Positions 51,206 to 59,268 of a stretch of DNA of 64,000 nucleotides are shown here, in pieces (position 1 is the stretch's first letter; every line of letters begins with the position of its first letter). The notes beneath the pieces were generated by a model. It was not told the origin of the DNA, did not search any database, and worked only from the letters and a program-made list of their open reading frames with translations. The position numbers and the translations under genes were made by a program. The stretch is from the NCBI GenBank assembly GCA_045546975.1, contig JAZQDV010000010.1, positions 333,121-397,120 on the forward strand, in the 5' to 3' direction. Origin of the DNA: Eubacteriales bacterium. GTDB lineage: Bacteria; Bacillota; Clostridia; Oscillospirales; JAAYXM01.

Positions 51206-52207
51206 TTACTCCGACTTGATAATATTCACTTCATCTCCCGGCATTAAACTATCCGGAGGGTTTATAATAACAATGCTGTCTTTCTTTAATCCGCTTTTAA
51301 CTTCAACTGCATAATCGAGCTCATACCCTGTTTTTATCTGTTGCTTTTTTACTTTGTTATCGGAAACCAAAAAAACAAATTCATTGTTGTTTTCATCCTG
51401 GCGTATACATTCATAAGGTATTGTTTTTGCGTTTTTTATCGTATTTACGGTTATTTTGGCATTCACATTGAGGTTCGGCTTAAAAATGGTATTTGGTGTA
51501 TTTAAGACCACATACGCTTTTGTGTACGTCTTCCCTTCTCCTGTGATTGACGGGACAAATGTGCCTTTCGGTGACACTTTCTTTACTTTACCCATATACT
51601 TTATTCCGCTTTGAAACGCCTCTCCGCTTATTTCAACTTCTGCCCCTTCCCTCACTCGTAATGCGTAATTTTCCGGTACCATAACGCTTATATAGAGCTT
51701 TGAATAATCTGAAACAGACATAAGTTTGTTTAGTGGGGATATATTATCCCCTTCTCGAACATTAATTTCAGTTATAATACCATCTATAGGGCTTCTAATG
51801 ACATTTTCGCGGCTAAGACTTATTGTTTTCTTGTAGTCATCAAGCTCGAAGTCTTCTAAGTATTCTGAAAAAACCTCTTCAACTCCACTCATATCAGGCA
51901 AGCTTTCAAAAAACGTTTCAATATCCATGTTTATTGGTGTTACTTCGGCCAGAACATCTCCTTTTTTAACTGATTTCCCCTCCTCAACTTTAATTGAAGT
52001 CACCTTTGCAACACCACTTATATATATATCTTTTTTATCTCCTTCCGCGACCTTGCCGTTTGCGTTTGCATATTCATATATTGTCTGTTCCTTTACCGTA
52101 ACTGTATTTACATCAAAGAAACTATCCTTTGAGAAAACCGAAGAACTTATCCAGAAAAACGAAATGATTAAGACAGTTATTGATATAATCACAATGCTTT
52201 TTTTCAT
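51206..52207 (-). CDS. efflux periplasmic adaptor (HlyD/MFP family) lipoyl + beta-barrel protein
   Basis: N-terminal TM anchor, lipoyl-like GKSVKKGDVLAEV, SPIDGIITEINVREGD, and C-terminal beta-barrel segments. Confidence 0.8.
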   Translation of the reverse strand: MKKSIVIISITVLIISFFWISSSVFSKDSFFDVNTVTVKEQTIYEYANANGKVAEGDKKDIYISGVAKVTSIKVEEGKSVKKGDVLAEVTPINMDIETFFESLPDMSGVEEVFSEYLEDFELDDYKKTISLSRENVIRSPIDGIITEINVREGDNISPLNKLMSVSDYSKLYISVMVPENYALRVREGAEVEISGEAFQSGIKYMGKVKKVSPKGTFVPSITGEGKTYTKAYVVLNTPNTIFKPNLNVNAKITVNTIKNAKTIPYECIRQDENNNEFVFLVSDNKVKKQQIKTGYELDYAVEVKSGLKKDSIVIINPPDSLMPGDEVNIIKSE

Positions 52208-52279
52208 TTTAAGTCCTCCGTTTTTAGTTTTAAGATATATTAATTATATCCCGAAAAAATATATGAATACATAAAAAAA

Positions 52280-52316
52280 CATCGGTTACGTTTGGTAAAC
52301 CCTGACGTAACCGATG
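52280..52316 (-). terminator. rho-independent terminator after ldh
   Basis: 12-bp stem catcggttacgt / acgtaaccgatg. T7 run follows on the minus strand. Confidence 0.8.
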
Positions 52317-52330
52317 TCAAAAATATGAAA

Positions 52331-53290
52331 TTATCTGCAGCTTTCAAGAACTGCTTTACAAGCATCAGCAGACTTTCTGAAGAGTGCAAGTTCATTCTCT
52401 GTGAGATTCGGAATCAATACCTTTTTTGCACCACTTGAACCGATAATTGTCGGAAGAGAAAGTGCAACATCGCTGACTCCAAGTTCACCGCTAAGAACAG
52501 TACTTACAGTACGGATGGTATCGCTGTCTCTCATAAGAGAATCAACGAGAGATGTGACACAAGCGGCAACACCGTAATATGTTGCACCCTTGCGCTTGAT
52601 AATCTCAGCTCCACCCTTCTTGATTTTATCAAGAATATCCTCTTTAACCTGATCATCAAGATTAATGCCGTTTCTTCTGCAATAGTCTTCGATTCCAATG
52701 CCTGCGATGTGAGTGTTACTCCAAACAGGAACCTGAGAATCCCCATGCTCACCGATTACATAGCCGTGGATGTTGATGCAGTCAATATCCGTAATCGTTG
52801 CAAGTGCGCTTCTGAAACGCATTGTATCAAGCGTAGTACCACTGCCGAGGACCATTCCCTGAGGAAGGCCTGTCCACTGCTGAATCATATAAGTAAGGAT
52901 GTCAACAGGGTTAGCAACAACTAGAATTACACCACCGTTATAATACTTCATTATATTGGCAGTGATTTCCTTTGCAATCGCAGTGTTCTTTTTCGCAAGG
53001 TCAAGACGTGTCTCTCCAACTTTTCTGTTTGCGCCTGCAGTAATAACTATGACATTACAATCCTTTACACAGGAATAGTCGCCCGCATAGACATCCATAG
53101 AGCCGATAAACGGAAGACCGTGAGAAATATCAGCAGCCTCACCGATTGCTTTGTCTGTGTTTACATCTATAAGGACAAGTTCAGAACAAGTCTTCTTAAG
53201 TGCGAGTGCATAAGCAGATGCAGCACCTACAAAACCTGCGCCAATAACGGCAACCTTAGATTTTTTCTTTTTCATACTCTTTACCTTCAA
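52331..53290 (-). CDS. ldh: L-lactate dehydrogenase
   Basis: VAVIGAGFVGAASAY, ITAGANRK, GEHGDS. Confidence 0.9.
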   Translation of the reverse strand: MKVKSMKKKKSKVAVIGAGFVGAASAYALALKKTCSELVLIDVNTDKAIGEAADISHGLPFIGSMDVYAGDYSCVKDCNVIVITAGANRKVGETRLDLAKKNTAIAKEITANIMKYYNGGVILVVANPVDILTYMIQQWTGLPQGMVLGSGTTLDTMRFRSALATITDIDCINIHGYVIGEHGDSQVPVWSNTHIAGIGIEDYCRRNGINLDDQVKEDILDKIKKGGAEIIKRKGATYYGVAACVTSLVDSLMRDSDTIRTVSTVLSGELGVSDVALSLPTIIGSSGAKKVLIPNLTENELALFRKSADACKAVLESCR

Positions 53291-53306
53291 AAAATAGATA
53301 AGTCAG

Positions 53307-53660
53307 TTATATCTTTGACTTTGCAAGGTCTGCGAGAGCCTTAAATGCTGCAGGGTCGTTATGAGCCATATCAGCAAGCATCTTACGGTTGATTTCAACG
53401 TTTGCTTTCTTAAGACCGTTCATAAAACGTGAGTAGTTCATACCGTTCATTTTTGCTGCTGCAGAAATTCTGGTGATCCAGAGACGACGGAAATCACGCT
53501 TTTTGAGCTTACGTCCAACGTATGCATATGTGAGAGACTTCATGACAGCCTGGTTAGCCATCTTAAAGTGTTTGGATTTTGCACCCCAATAGCCCTTTGC
53601 GAGCTTCAAAATCTTTTTTCTTCTTTTGCGCGTCATCATTGCGCCTTTTACTCTAGCCAT
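53307..53660 (-). CDS. rplT: 50S ribosomal protein L20
   Basis: [29 protein letters not shown]. Confidence 0.97.
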   Translation of the reverse strand: MARVKGAMMTRKRRKKILKLAKGYWGAKSKHFKMANQAVMKSLTYAYVGRKLKKRDFRRLWITRISAAAKMNGMNYSRFMNGLKKANVEINRKMLADMAHNDPAAFKALADLAKSKI

Positions 53661-53684
53661 GGTAAAAACCTCCTAAATTGTTGA

Positions 53685-53882
53685 TTAATTGTAAGGAACT
53701 AAACGCTTGAGAGTTGCTTCATTTGCAGGTGAAGCGTATGCTGCCTGACGAAGACCTCTCTTGAGCTTTGTGCTCTTCTTGTTCAAGATGTGGCGGCGGT
53801 TAGCACGGTTGATTTTTACCTTGCCGTTCTTTGTGACCTTGAAACGCTTTGATGCACCACTGTGTGTTTTAATTTTAGGCAT
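53685..53882 (-). CDS. rpmI: 50S ribosomal protein L35
   Basis: [23 protein letters not shown]. Confidence 0.95.
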   Translation of the reverse strand: MPKIKTHSGASKRFKVTKNGKVKINRANRRHILNKKSTKLKRGLRQAAYASPANEATLKRLVPYN

Positions 53883-53910
53883 TTTTATTTCTCCTCTCGT
53901 TTATTGTTTG

Positions 53911-54438
53911 TTAATTTGATTTCGGTGGAACTTTAGATGTAAGAATCATAATCATCTGGCGGCCTTCAAGCTTCGGAACCTTGTCAACATTACAATACTC
54001 TGCGCAGCCTTCTGAAAATCTGTTCAAGAGGTCTGTGCCGAGGTTTGTATGTGCAAGCTCGCGGCCTTTGAAGCGAACAGCGACCTTGACCTTACAACCT
54101 GACTTCAAAAATCGGATAGCGTTATTGAGCTTAACCTCGAAGTCATGCACATCAATGCTCGGTGTCATACGAACTTCTTTAAGCTCAACGACACGCTGGT
54201 TTTTTCTAGCTTCCTTTTCCCTCTTATCCTGCTCGAATCTGAACTTACCATAGTCCATAATCCTGCATACGGGCGGAACTGCCTGCGGAGCAATCTTGAC
54301 AAGATCAAAACCTGCTTCGTCTGCCATGCTGAGAGCCTGTTCAATCGGAACAATCCCAACCTGGTTTCCTTCCGAATCAATAAGACGGACTTCTTTGTCT
54401 AAAATTTCCTCATTGATCTGATGTTCTAACTTGCTGAT
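53911..54438 (-). CDS. infC: translation initiation factor IF-3 (non-AUG start, apparently AUC)
   Basis: The track ORF (from MADEAGFDL) lacks the IF3 N-domain. The frame stays open 37 codons further upstream and encodes ISKLEHQINEEILDKEVRLIDSEGNQVGIVPIEQALS, which is typical of IF3. No ATG/GTG/TTG lies between the in-frame TAA and this stretch. The ATC at 54436-54438 sits 9 nt after ggaggtg. Confidence 0.85.
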   Translation of the reverse strand: MSKLEHQINEEILDKEVRLIDSEGNQVGIVPIEQALSMADEAGFDLVKIAPQAVPPVCRIMDYGKFRFEQDKREKEARKNQRVVELKEVRMTPSIDVHDFEVKLNNAIRFLKSGCKVKVAVRFKGRELAHTNLGTDLLNRFSEGCAEYCNVDKVPKLEGRQMIMILTSKVPPKSN

Positions 54439-54586
54439 ACTAAAGCACCTCCAAAATTAAAAGCACGGGCAAAATCTTACCCGTGCTCAAAAATCCCAAT
54501 CATCGACATCAATCGAAAACAAGAATAATATTGACCTCTTCACAATGCTTGAGGTGAGGACGGGAAAGCCCTTCTTTCTTATAACG
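54439..54586 (-). promoter_or_regulatory. L20-leader-like 5' UTR with intrinsic attenuator
   Basis: ~150-nt leader between the promoter and the infC SD. The hairpin agcacggg/cccgtgct (54462-54487) is followed on the minus strand by tttaatttt, immediately before the SD. This matches the Firmicute infC-rpmI-rplT attenuation layout. Confidence 0.5.
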
Positions 54587-54592
54587 TCAAAT

Positions 54593-54621
54593 AGTATACC
54601 ATCTAAAAAGCGCATTGTCAA
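54593..54621 (-). promoter_or_regulatory. sigmaA promoter of the infC-rpmI-rplT operon
   Basis: Minus strand: TTGACA (54616-54621), 17-nt spacer, TATACT (54593-54598). Confidence 0.65.
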
Positions 54622-54695
54622 TAGGTTTCTCTCAAAAAAATGTGTTGAATTATTATCATTTATGAGGTATCCTATATATAAGGAGAGTGATTACA

Positions 54696-54968
54696 ATGGA
54701 AAATAAATTCGGAGCAGATATTATTACACTTACTGACGAAGAAGGAAATGAATTTGAGTTTGAGCATCTTGATACAATAGAATTCAACTCAAAACTTTAT
54801 CTTGCTTTTACTGAAGTTACAGAGGATGACAGCGCCGCTGAAATCATCATCTTGCGTATGGAAAAGGACGAAAACGGTGAAGAAATGCTCGTTACTGTAG
54901 ATGATGAGACTGAGCTCGAAGCTGCTTATGAAGCGTTTATGGATCAAGATGACGAGGACGAAGAATAA
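54696..54968 (+). CDS. DUF1292 family protein
   Basis: DIITLTDEEGNEFEFEHLDTIEFNSKLYLAF...EIIILRME and an acidic tail. ATG 54696 preferred (SD aaggag). Confidence 0.75.
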   Translation: MENKFGADIITLTDEEGNEFEFEHLDTIEFNSKLYLAFTEVTEDDSAAEIIILRMEKDENGEEMLVTVDDETELEAAYEAFMDQDDEDEE

Positions 54969-54986
54969 TTTCGGACTTGCAGTATA

Positions 54987-55015
54987 TTGTAGCGTTTTTC
55001 AGTTAATGTTATAAT
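54987..55015 (+). promoter_or_regulatory. strong sigmaA promoter with extended -10
   Basis: TTGTAG (54987-54992), 17-nt spacer, TGtTATAAT (TG 55007-55008, TATAAT 55010-55015). Confidence 0.6.
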
Positions 55016-55019
55016 TATG

Positions 55020-55200
55020 ATATAAGGAAGGTAAAACCCTGCTCTGTTTGTGATGTGCCATTTTAAACCCACATTACTATAACGGGATTCCGGACTTCTT
55101 GAAAGGATAGCAGGCCTCCCGATGTGTTTTCTGCGCGTCGGACGTTGGAAGCTTATGATGTTTAAGAGAGGAAACCCACCTGCACACGTGCAGGTTATAA
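55020..55200 (+). ncRNA. unclassified structured RNA / long leader upstream of tcdA (possible 6S RNA, unverified)
   Basis: ~180 nt with no credible ORF, downstream of a near-consensus promoter. Pairings seen: cctGctct/agagagg, cacat/atgtg, cggga/tcccg, and the terminal hairpin cctgca-cacg-tgcagg (55179-55194). AAACCC occurs three times. Confidence 0.3.
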
Positions 55201-55234
55201 ATTGGCGCACACGGCAGTTGCGGGGGAATTTTAT

Positions 55235-55921
55235 ATGGATATGCGTTTTGAACGATTGAAGTCCTTATTGGGAAAAGAAAGCGTCGCTTCCCTGTCTTCC
55301 CGTCACGTTATGATTTTTGGTCTTGGAGGAGTCGGAGGATACTCTGCAGAAGCCATTGCACGTTCGGGAGTCGGAAAGATAACACTTGTCGATTTTGATA
55401 CGGTAAATGAAACCAATATAAACCGTCAGCTTTGTGCTCTTGAAAGCACGATAGGCCAAAGCAAGGTGAGTGTTATCGCAAAAAGGCTTATTGATATAAA
55501 TCCTGATATACAAATCATAGAACGAAACGAGCGATACACAAAAGACGCTTCAGAAACCTTTTTTGCTGACAAACCTGACTACATAATAGATGCCATTGAT
55601 TCTGTAACTGATAAAATTGACCTGATTTGCACGGCAAAAAAGAACAATATCCCTATAATCTCTGCTATGGGTGCAGGAAACAAGCTTGACGCTTCGCGCT
55701 TTCGCGTTTGTGATATTTCAAAAACAACTATGTGCCCTCTTGCAAAGGTTATGAGAAAAGAACTCGGAATTCGCAAAATAAAGCATTTGAAGGTGGTTTT
55801 TTCAGACGAATCACCGGTCGCCCGTGAACGTACCCCCGGAAGTGCCGTTTGGGTTGTAGGCACCGCAGGACTCCTTTTAGCAGGCGAGGTTATAAAAGAT
55901 TTAATGAAAGAGACAGATTAA
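55235..55921 (+). CDS. tcdA: tRNA threonylcarbamoyladenosine dehydratase (ThiF/MoeB-like E1 fold)
   Basis: VMIFGLGGVGGYSAEAIARSGVGKITLVDFDTV..NINRQ. Start moved to ATG 55235 (SD ggggga). Confidence 0.8.
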   Translation: MDMRFERLKSLLGKESVASLSSRHVMIFGLGGVGGYSAEAIARSGVGKITLVDFDTVNETNINRQLCALESTIGQSKVSVIAKRLIDINPDIQIIERNERYTKDASETFFADKPDYIIDAIDSVTDKIDLICTAKKNNIPIISAMGAGNKLDASRFRVCDISKTTMCPLAKVMRKELGIRKIKHLKVVFSDESPVARERTPGSAVWVVGTAGLLLAGEVIKDLMKETD

Positions 55922-55932
55922 TCTGTCTCTTT
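55907..55932. terminator. perfect 26-nt palindrome spanning the stop codons of convergent tcdA and ttcA-like genes
   Basis: aaagagacagatt|aatctgtctcttt. Both reading frames end ...KETD-stop inside it. U-rich sequence follows on the plus strand. Confidence 0.6.
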
Positions 55933-56688
55933 TTCTTCTTTTGCCGTTTTTCTGGGCTTTTCATCAAGCTTTTTCCAGCCATTGAGAGGAAGTCTTTGCA
56001 TAGAATTAAAAATCTTCACAGAGTACCCGGGGTAAGTTTTATTCATTTTTGAAACAAAGTTTTTAATTTCTTCACGTTTTGAGTTTCCGTTAGCGGGACA
56101 TGGATTTTTGACGATCGGAAGCTCCATACGTTTAACCACTCCGCGTATCATTCGTTCATCGACATACAAAAGCGGACGTATCTGCCAAAGCTTCTTACGG
56201 TCCATATATGTAACGGGTGAAAAACAGGATATTCTGCCTTCGAAAATCTGAGACATCAGAAACGTTTCAACCGCATCGTTAAAATTGTGCCCCAATGCAA
56301 TTTTGTTACACCCCAGCCTCAACGCTTCATCATGGAGCATTCCCCTGCGCATTTTGGCACAGAGGGAGCACGGATTTTCTTCGTTTCTTATATCAAACAC
56401 AACCTCGAAAATATTACTTTCAACAATCGAGTATTCTATTTGGTTTTCTTCGCAGAATTTTGAGATTTCGGAAAAATCGCTTTTTCCAGGGTCAGAATCA
56501 ATTGTAATTGCTTTAATTTCAAATCGTTTCGGATAAAACCTGCGAAGCTCACTCATTGCCAAAAGTAAAAGCATGGAATCCTTTCCACCCGAAACTCCTA
56601 CGGCAATAACATCGCCATTTTCTATCATTTTATACTCAGCTATGCACTTTCTGACAAGACTTAATACCCTTTGCAAGTAAAACACCAC
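55918..56688 (-). CDS. ttcA: TtcA-family tRNA 2-thiocytidine synthetase-like PP-loop ATPase
   Basis: PP-loop VGVSGGKDS, CSLCAKMRRG, NPCPANG, and a Lys/Glu-rich C-terminal tail. Confidence 0.75.
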   Translation of the reverse strand: MVFYLQRVLSLVRKCIAEYKMIENGDVIAVGVSGGKDSMLLLLAMSELRRFYPKRFEIKAITIDSDPGKSDFSEISKFCEENQIEYSIVESNIFEVVFDIRNEENPCSLCAKMRRGMLHDEALRLGCNKIALGHNFNDAVETFLMSQIFEGRISCFSPVTYMDRKKLWQIRPLLYVDERMIRGVVKRMELPIVKNPCPANGNSKREEIKNFVSKMNKTYPGYSVKIFNSMQRLPLNGWKKLDEKPRKTAKEEKETD

Positions 56689-56791
56689 CTGAAAATTTTA
56701 ATTTGCGATGTGAGAATACAAGAGAAAACAAGAGATTTCAAGAGAATATAAGAGTTTGAGAAATGTAAATTAAAAAATACAAAAATAGTTG

Positions 56792-56820
56792 TTGACATTT
56801 TTTTGTTACGAGTGTAAAAT
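56792..56820 (+). promoter_or_regulatory. sigmaA promoter of rplM-rpsI
   Basis: TTGACA (56792-56797), 17-nt spacer, TAAAAT (56815-56820) preceded by TG. Confidence 0.65.
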
Positions 56821-56827
56821 TAATACT

Positions 56828-56938
56828 GCTCGTAATGAGATTATATACTAAGTAGCGTAAAAAGGGAATGTTTTTTACTTTCTTTTTTTACGATACTTAG
56901 AAAATCTTTTACGAAGAATAATTTACGGAGGGCATCAA
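56828..56938 (+). promoter_or_regulatory. L13-leader-like 5' UTR
   Basis: ~110-nt UTR dominated by a 16-bp hairpin with one mismatch: 56848-56863 ctaagtagcgtaaaaa with 56885-56900 tttttacgatacttag. It sits just upstream of the rplM SD (acggaggg). Confidence 0.45.
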
Positions 56939-57382
56939 ATGTCTACTTTTATGGCAAACGAGAAGACAGTTAACCGCACATGGTACATTCTCGATGCTGC
57001 GAATAAGCCGCTCGGCGCTACTGCTGCTCAGGCTGCTGTTCTTCTTCGCGGCAAGCACAAGACTGATTACACTCCCCATGTCGACTGCGGAGATTACGTA
57101 ATCATCATCAACGCTGAAAAAGCAATCCTTACAGGTAACAAGCTTACACAGAAGTATTACCGCACACACTCAGGTTACGTCGGTGGCCTCAAAGAGGTTC
57201 AGTACCGTATCCTTATGAAAGAGAAGCCGGAGCTTGCAGTTGAGCTCGCAGTCAAGGGCATGATTCCGAGAAACGTTCTTGGAAGAAAAGCTCTCGGCCG
57301 CCTCAAGGTATTCGCAGGCGCAGAACATAACCACGCTGCTCAGAAGCCGGTAATGTTCACTTCTTATGAGGAGGTAAAATAA
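56939..57382 (+). CDS. rplM: 50S ribosomal protein L13
   Basis: [14 protein letters not shown]...[28 protein letters not shown]. Confidence 0.97.
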   Translation: MSTFMANEKTVNRTWYILDAANKPLGATAAQAAVLLRGKHKTDYTPHVDCGDYVIIINAEKAILTGNKLTQKYYRTHSGYVGGLKEVQYRILMKEKPELAVELAVKGMIPRNVLGRKALGRLKVFAGAEHNHAAQKPVMFTSYEEVK

Positions 57383-57786
57383 TGTACACACCTAAAAAGG
57401 CTTATTTTTACGGAACAGGAAGAAGAAAGTCTTCCGTTGCAAGAGTTCATGTTTACCCCAACGGCAGCGGTAAAATCACCGTTAACGGCCGTGAGTTAGA
57501 CAACTATTTCGGACTTGATACACTCAAGTTCATCGTTCGTCAGCCGCTCGTTACAACCGATATGCTCGGCAAGGTTGACATTGAAGCTACAGTTGTTGGC
57601 GGCGGTGTTACAGGTCAGGCAGGCGCTATCCGTCACGGTATCGCTCGCGCTCTCCTTAACGTAAACGAAGAGTTCCGCGCTCTCCTCAAGAAGGAAGGCT
57701 TCCTCACTCGTGACCCGAGAATGAAGGAGCGTAAGAAGTACGGTCTCAAAGGCGCACGTCGTGCTCCCCAGTTCTCAAAGAGATAA
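57382..57786 (+). CDS. rpsI: 30S ribosomal protein S9
   Basis: [12 protein letters not shown]...[19 protein letters not shown]...[18 protein letters not shown]. Confidence 0.97.
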   Translation: MYTPKKAYFYGTGRRKSSVARVHVYPNGSGKITVNGRELDNYFGLDTLKFIVRQPLVTTDMLGKVDIEATVVGGGVTGQAGAIRHGIARALLNVNEEFRALLKKEGFLTRDPRMKERKKYGLKGARRAPQFSKR

Positions 57787-57800
57787 TTATTATCTACTAC

Positions 57801-57830
57801 AAAACCCACAACTTCGGTTGTGGGTTTTTT
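57801..57830 (+). terminator. rho-independent terminator after rpsI
   Basis: aaaacccacaac / ttcg / gttgtgggtttt, followed by a T-run. Confidence 0.85.
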
Positions 57831-57848
57831 GTAATGCAACAGGATAGA

Positions 57849-57890
57849 CAACCCCCAAAAACTTTTACGGTTTTTGGGGGTTGATTTTTT
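57849..57890 (+). terminator. second tandem terminator hairpin
   Basis: Perfect 14-bp stem caacccccaaaaac / ttttacg / gtttttgggggttg, followed by atttttt. It abuts the uxaC stop on the other strand. Confidence 0.7.
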
Positions 57891-59256
57891 AGAATGCAAA
57901 ATAGTCTCTTGCGTTTTTATAACAGATTCCTTCAACTATGTTTTTGAGTGCTTCCTGGTCATTCGGGTATTCACCGTTTTCGACCCACTCACCAAGCATA
58001 TTACAGAGAATGCGTCTGAAGTACTCATGTCTCGGATAAGAAACAAAGCTTCGTGAATCAGTAAGCATTCCGACAAATTTGCCCAATGTACCGAGGTTGG
58101 CAAGAGCCTTCATCTGCGCTTCCATACCGTCACGGTTATCGTTGAACCACCAGCCTGAACCGAACTGTATCTTCCCTTTTACCGGACCCTTCTGGAAGTT
58201 TCCAAGCATTGTTCCGAGGACATAATTATCCTTCGGGTTGAGCGTGTATAAGATAGTCTTCGGGAGTGCGTCACACTGCTCAAGATTATCCATAAATGCA
58301 GAAAGCTTCTCGGCGATGCACAGGTCGTTTATGCTGTCAAATCCCGTATCCGGGCCAAGCTTTTCAAGCATCTTTGTATTGTTGTTGCGAAGAGCACCTA
58401 TGTGAATCTGCATTGTCCAACCGCGCTTTGCATATTCGATAGCACACTCACGGATCATCGCAGTTTTGAATACATCAACTTCCTCTGCTGTAAGGCTTTC
58501 ACCGTTCATTTTCTTATCAAACGCCGCTTTTGCGTCACCCAAAGCAAACGGTACATAATCAAGCGCATGGTCAGAAAGTCTGCATCCGTTTTCATGGAAG
58601 AATGCTATTCTTTCTTTTATCCAAGAAACAAGTCCCTCAAAGCTTGTTATTCCATTGTCTTTAATATAACCCTCAAACCACTGCTTATCGATGTTTACTG
58701 CTTTGTCGGGTCTGAAAGTCGGAAGAACTTTAGTCGGGAAACCCTCATCCTTGAGCTGCTTGTGATATCTCAAATCATCAGCAGGGTCATCTGTTGTACA
58801 GATTGTTTCAACATTAGAGCGCAAAATAAGTGCCTTTGCAGAGAACTCGTCACCCTTGAGCATCTCGTTGCACTTATCCCATATTCTTTTAGCAGACTTT
58901 TCTGTCAACGGTTCGTCAATATCAAAATATCGCTTAAGCTCCAACGCCGTCCAATGATAGAGCGGGTTACCTATAAGATATGGCATAAGAGTTGCAAATC
59001 CGAGCCATTTTTCGTATCTATCGCCACTACCTGTTATCATTTCCTCGTCAATGCCAAATGTGCGCATCTGTCGCCATTTATAATGGTCTCCTCCGAGAAA
59101 CAAATCATATACATCCTCGAACTTATAGTCATTCGCAATCTTTGCAGGTTCTAAGTGGCAATGATAGTCGATTATCGGCAAGTTTTCCGCAAACTCCTCA
59201 TAAAGCTTTCTTCCCGTCTTGTTTGTGAACATAAATTTTTTGTTTATAATTCCCAT
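57889..59256 (-). CDS. uxaC: glucuronate/galacturonate isomerase
   Basis: N-terminus F..NKTGRKLYEEFAENLPIIDYHCHL, MLTDSRSF. Confidence 0.95.
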   Translation of the reverse strand: MGIINKKFMFTNKTGRKLYEEFAENLPIIDYHCHLEPAKIANDYKFEDVYDLFLGGDHYKWRQMRTFGIDEEMITGSGDRYEKWLGFATLMPYLIGNPLYHWTALELKRYFDIDEPLTEKSAKRIWDKCNEMLKGDEFSAKALILRSNVETICTTDDPADDLRYHKQLKDEGFPTKVLPTFRPDKAVNIDKQWFEGYIKDNGITSFEGLVSWIKERIAFFHENGCRLSDHALDYVPFALGDAKAAFDKKMNGESLTAEEVDVFKTAMIRECAIEYAKRGWTMQIHIGALRNNNTKMLEKLGPDTGFDSINDLCIAEKLSAFMDNLEQCDALPKTILYTLNPKDNYVLGTMLGNFQKGPVKGKIQFGSGWWFNDNRDGMEAQMKALANLGTLGKFVGMLTDSRSFVSYPRHEYFRRILCNMLGEWVENGEYPNDQEALKNIVEGICYKNARDYFAF

Positions 59257-59268
59257 TCTTTGCCCCTC

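Noticed and set aside
48829-52330. Direct repeats (att sites) flanking the AT-rich islet
   Set aside because: The only shared strings I found at the two borders are about 6-8 nt (tcaaaaat, accgat). That is too short to distinguish from chance, so no mobile-element boundaries are claimed.
55122-55256. 44-codon ORF (MCFLRVGRWKLMMF...) inside the tcdA upstream RNA region
   Set aside because: It has no SD and a basic, low-information sequence. It overlaps the tcdA start out of frame.
58402-59154. 250-aa plus-strand ORF
   Set aside because: It is an antisense shadow within uxaC.
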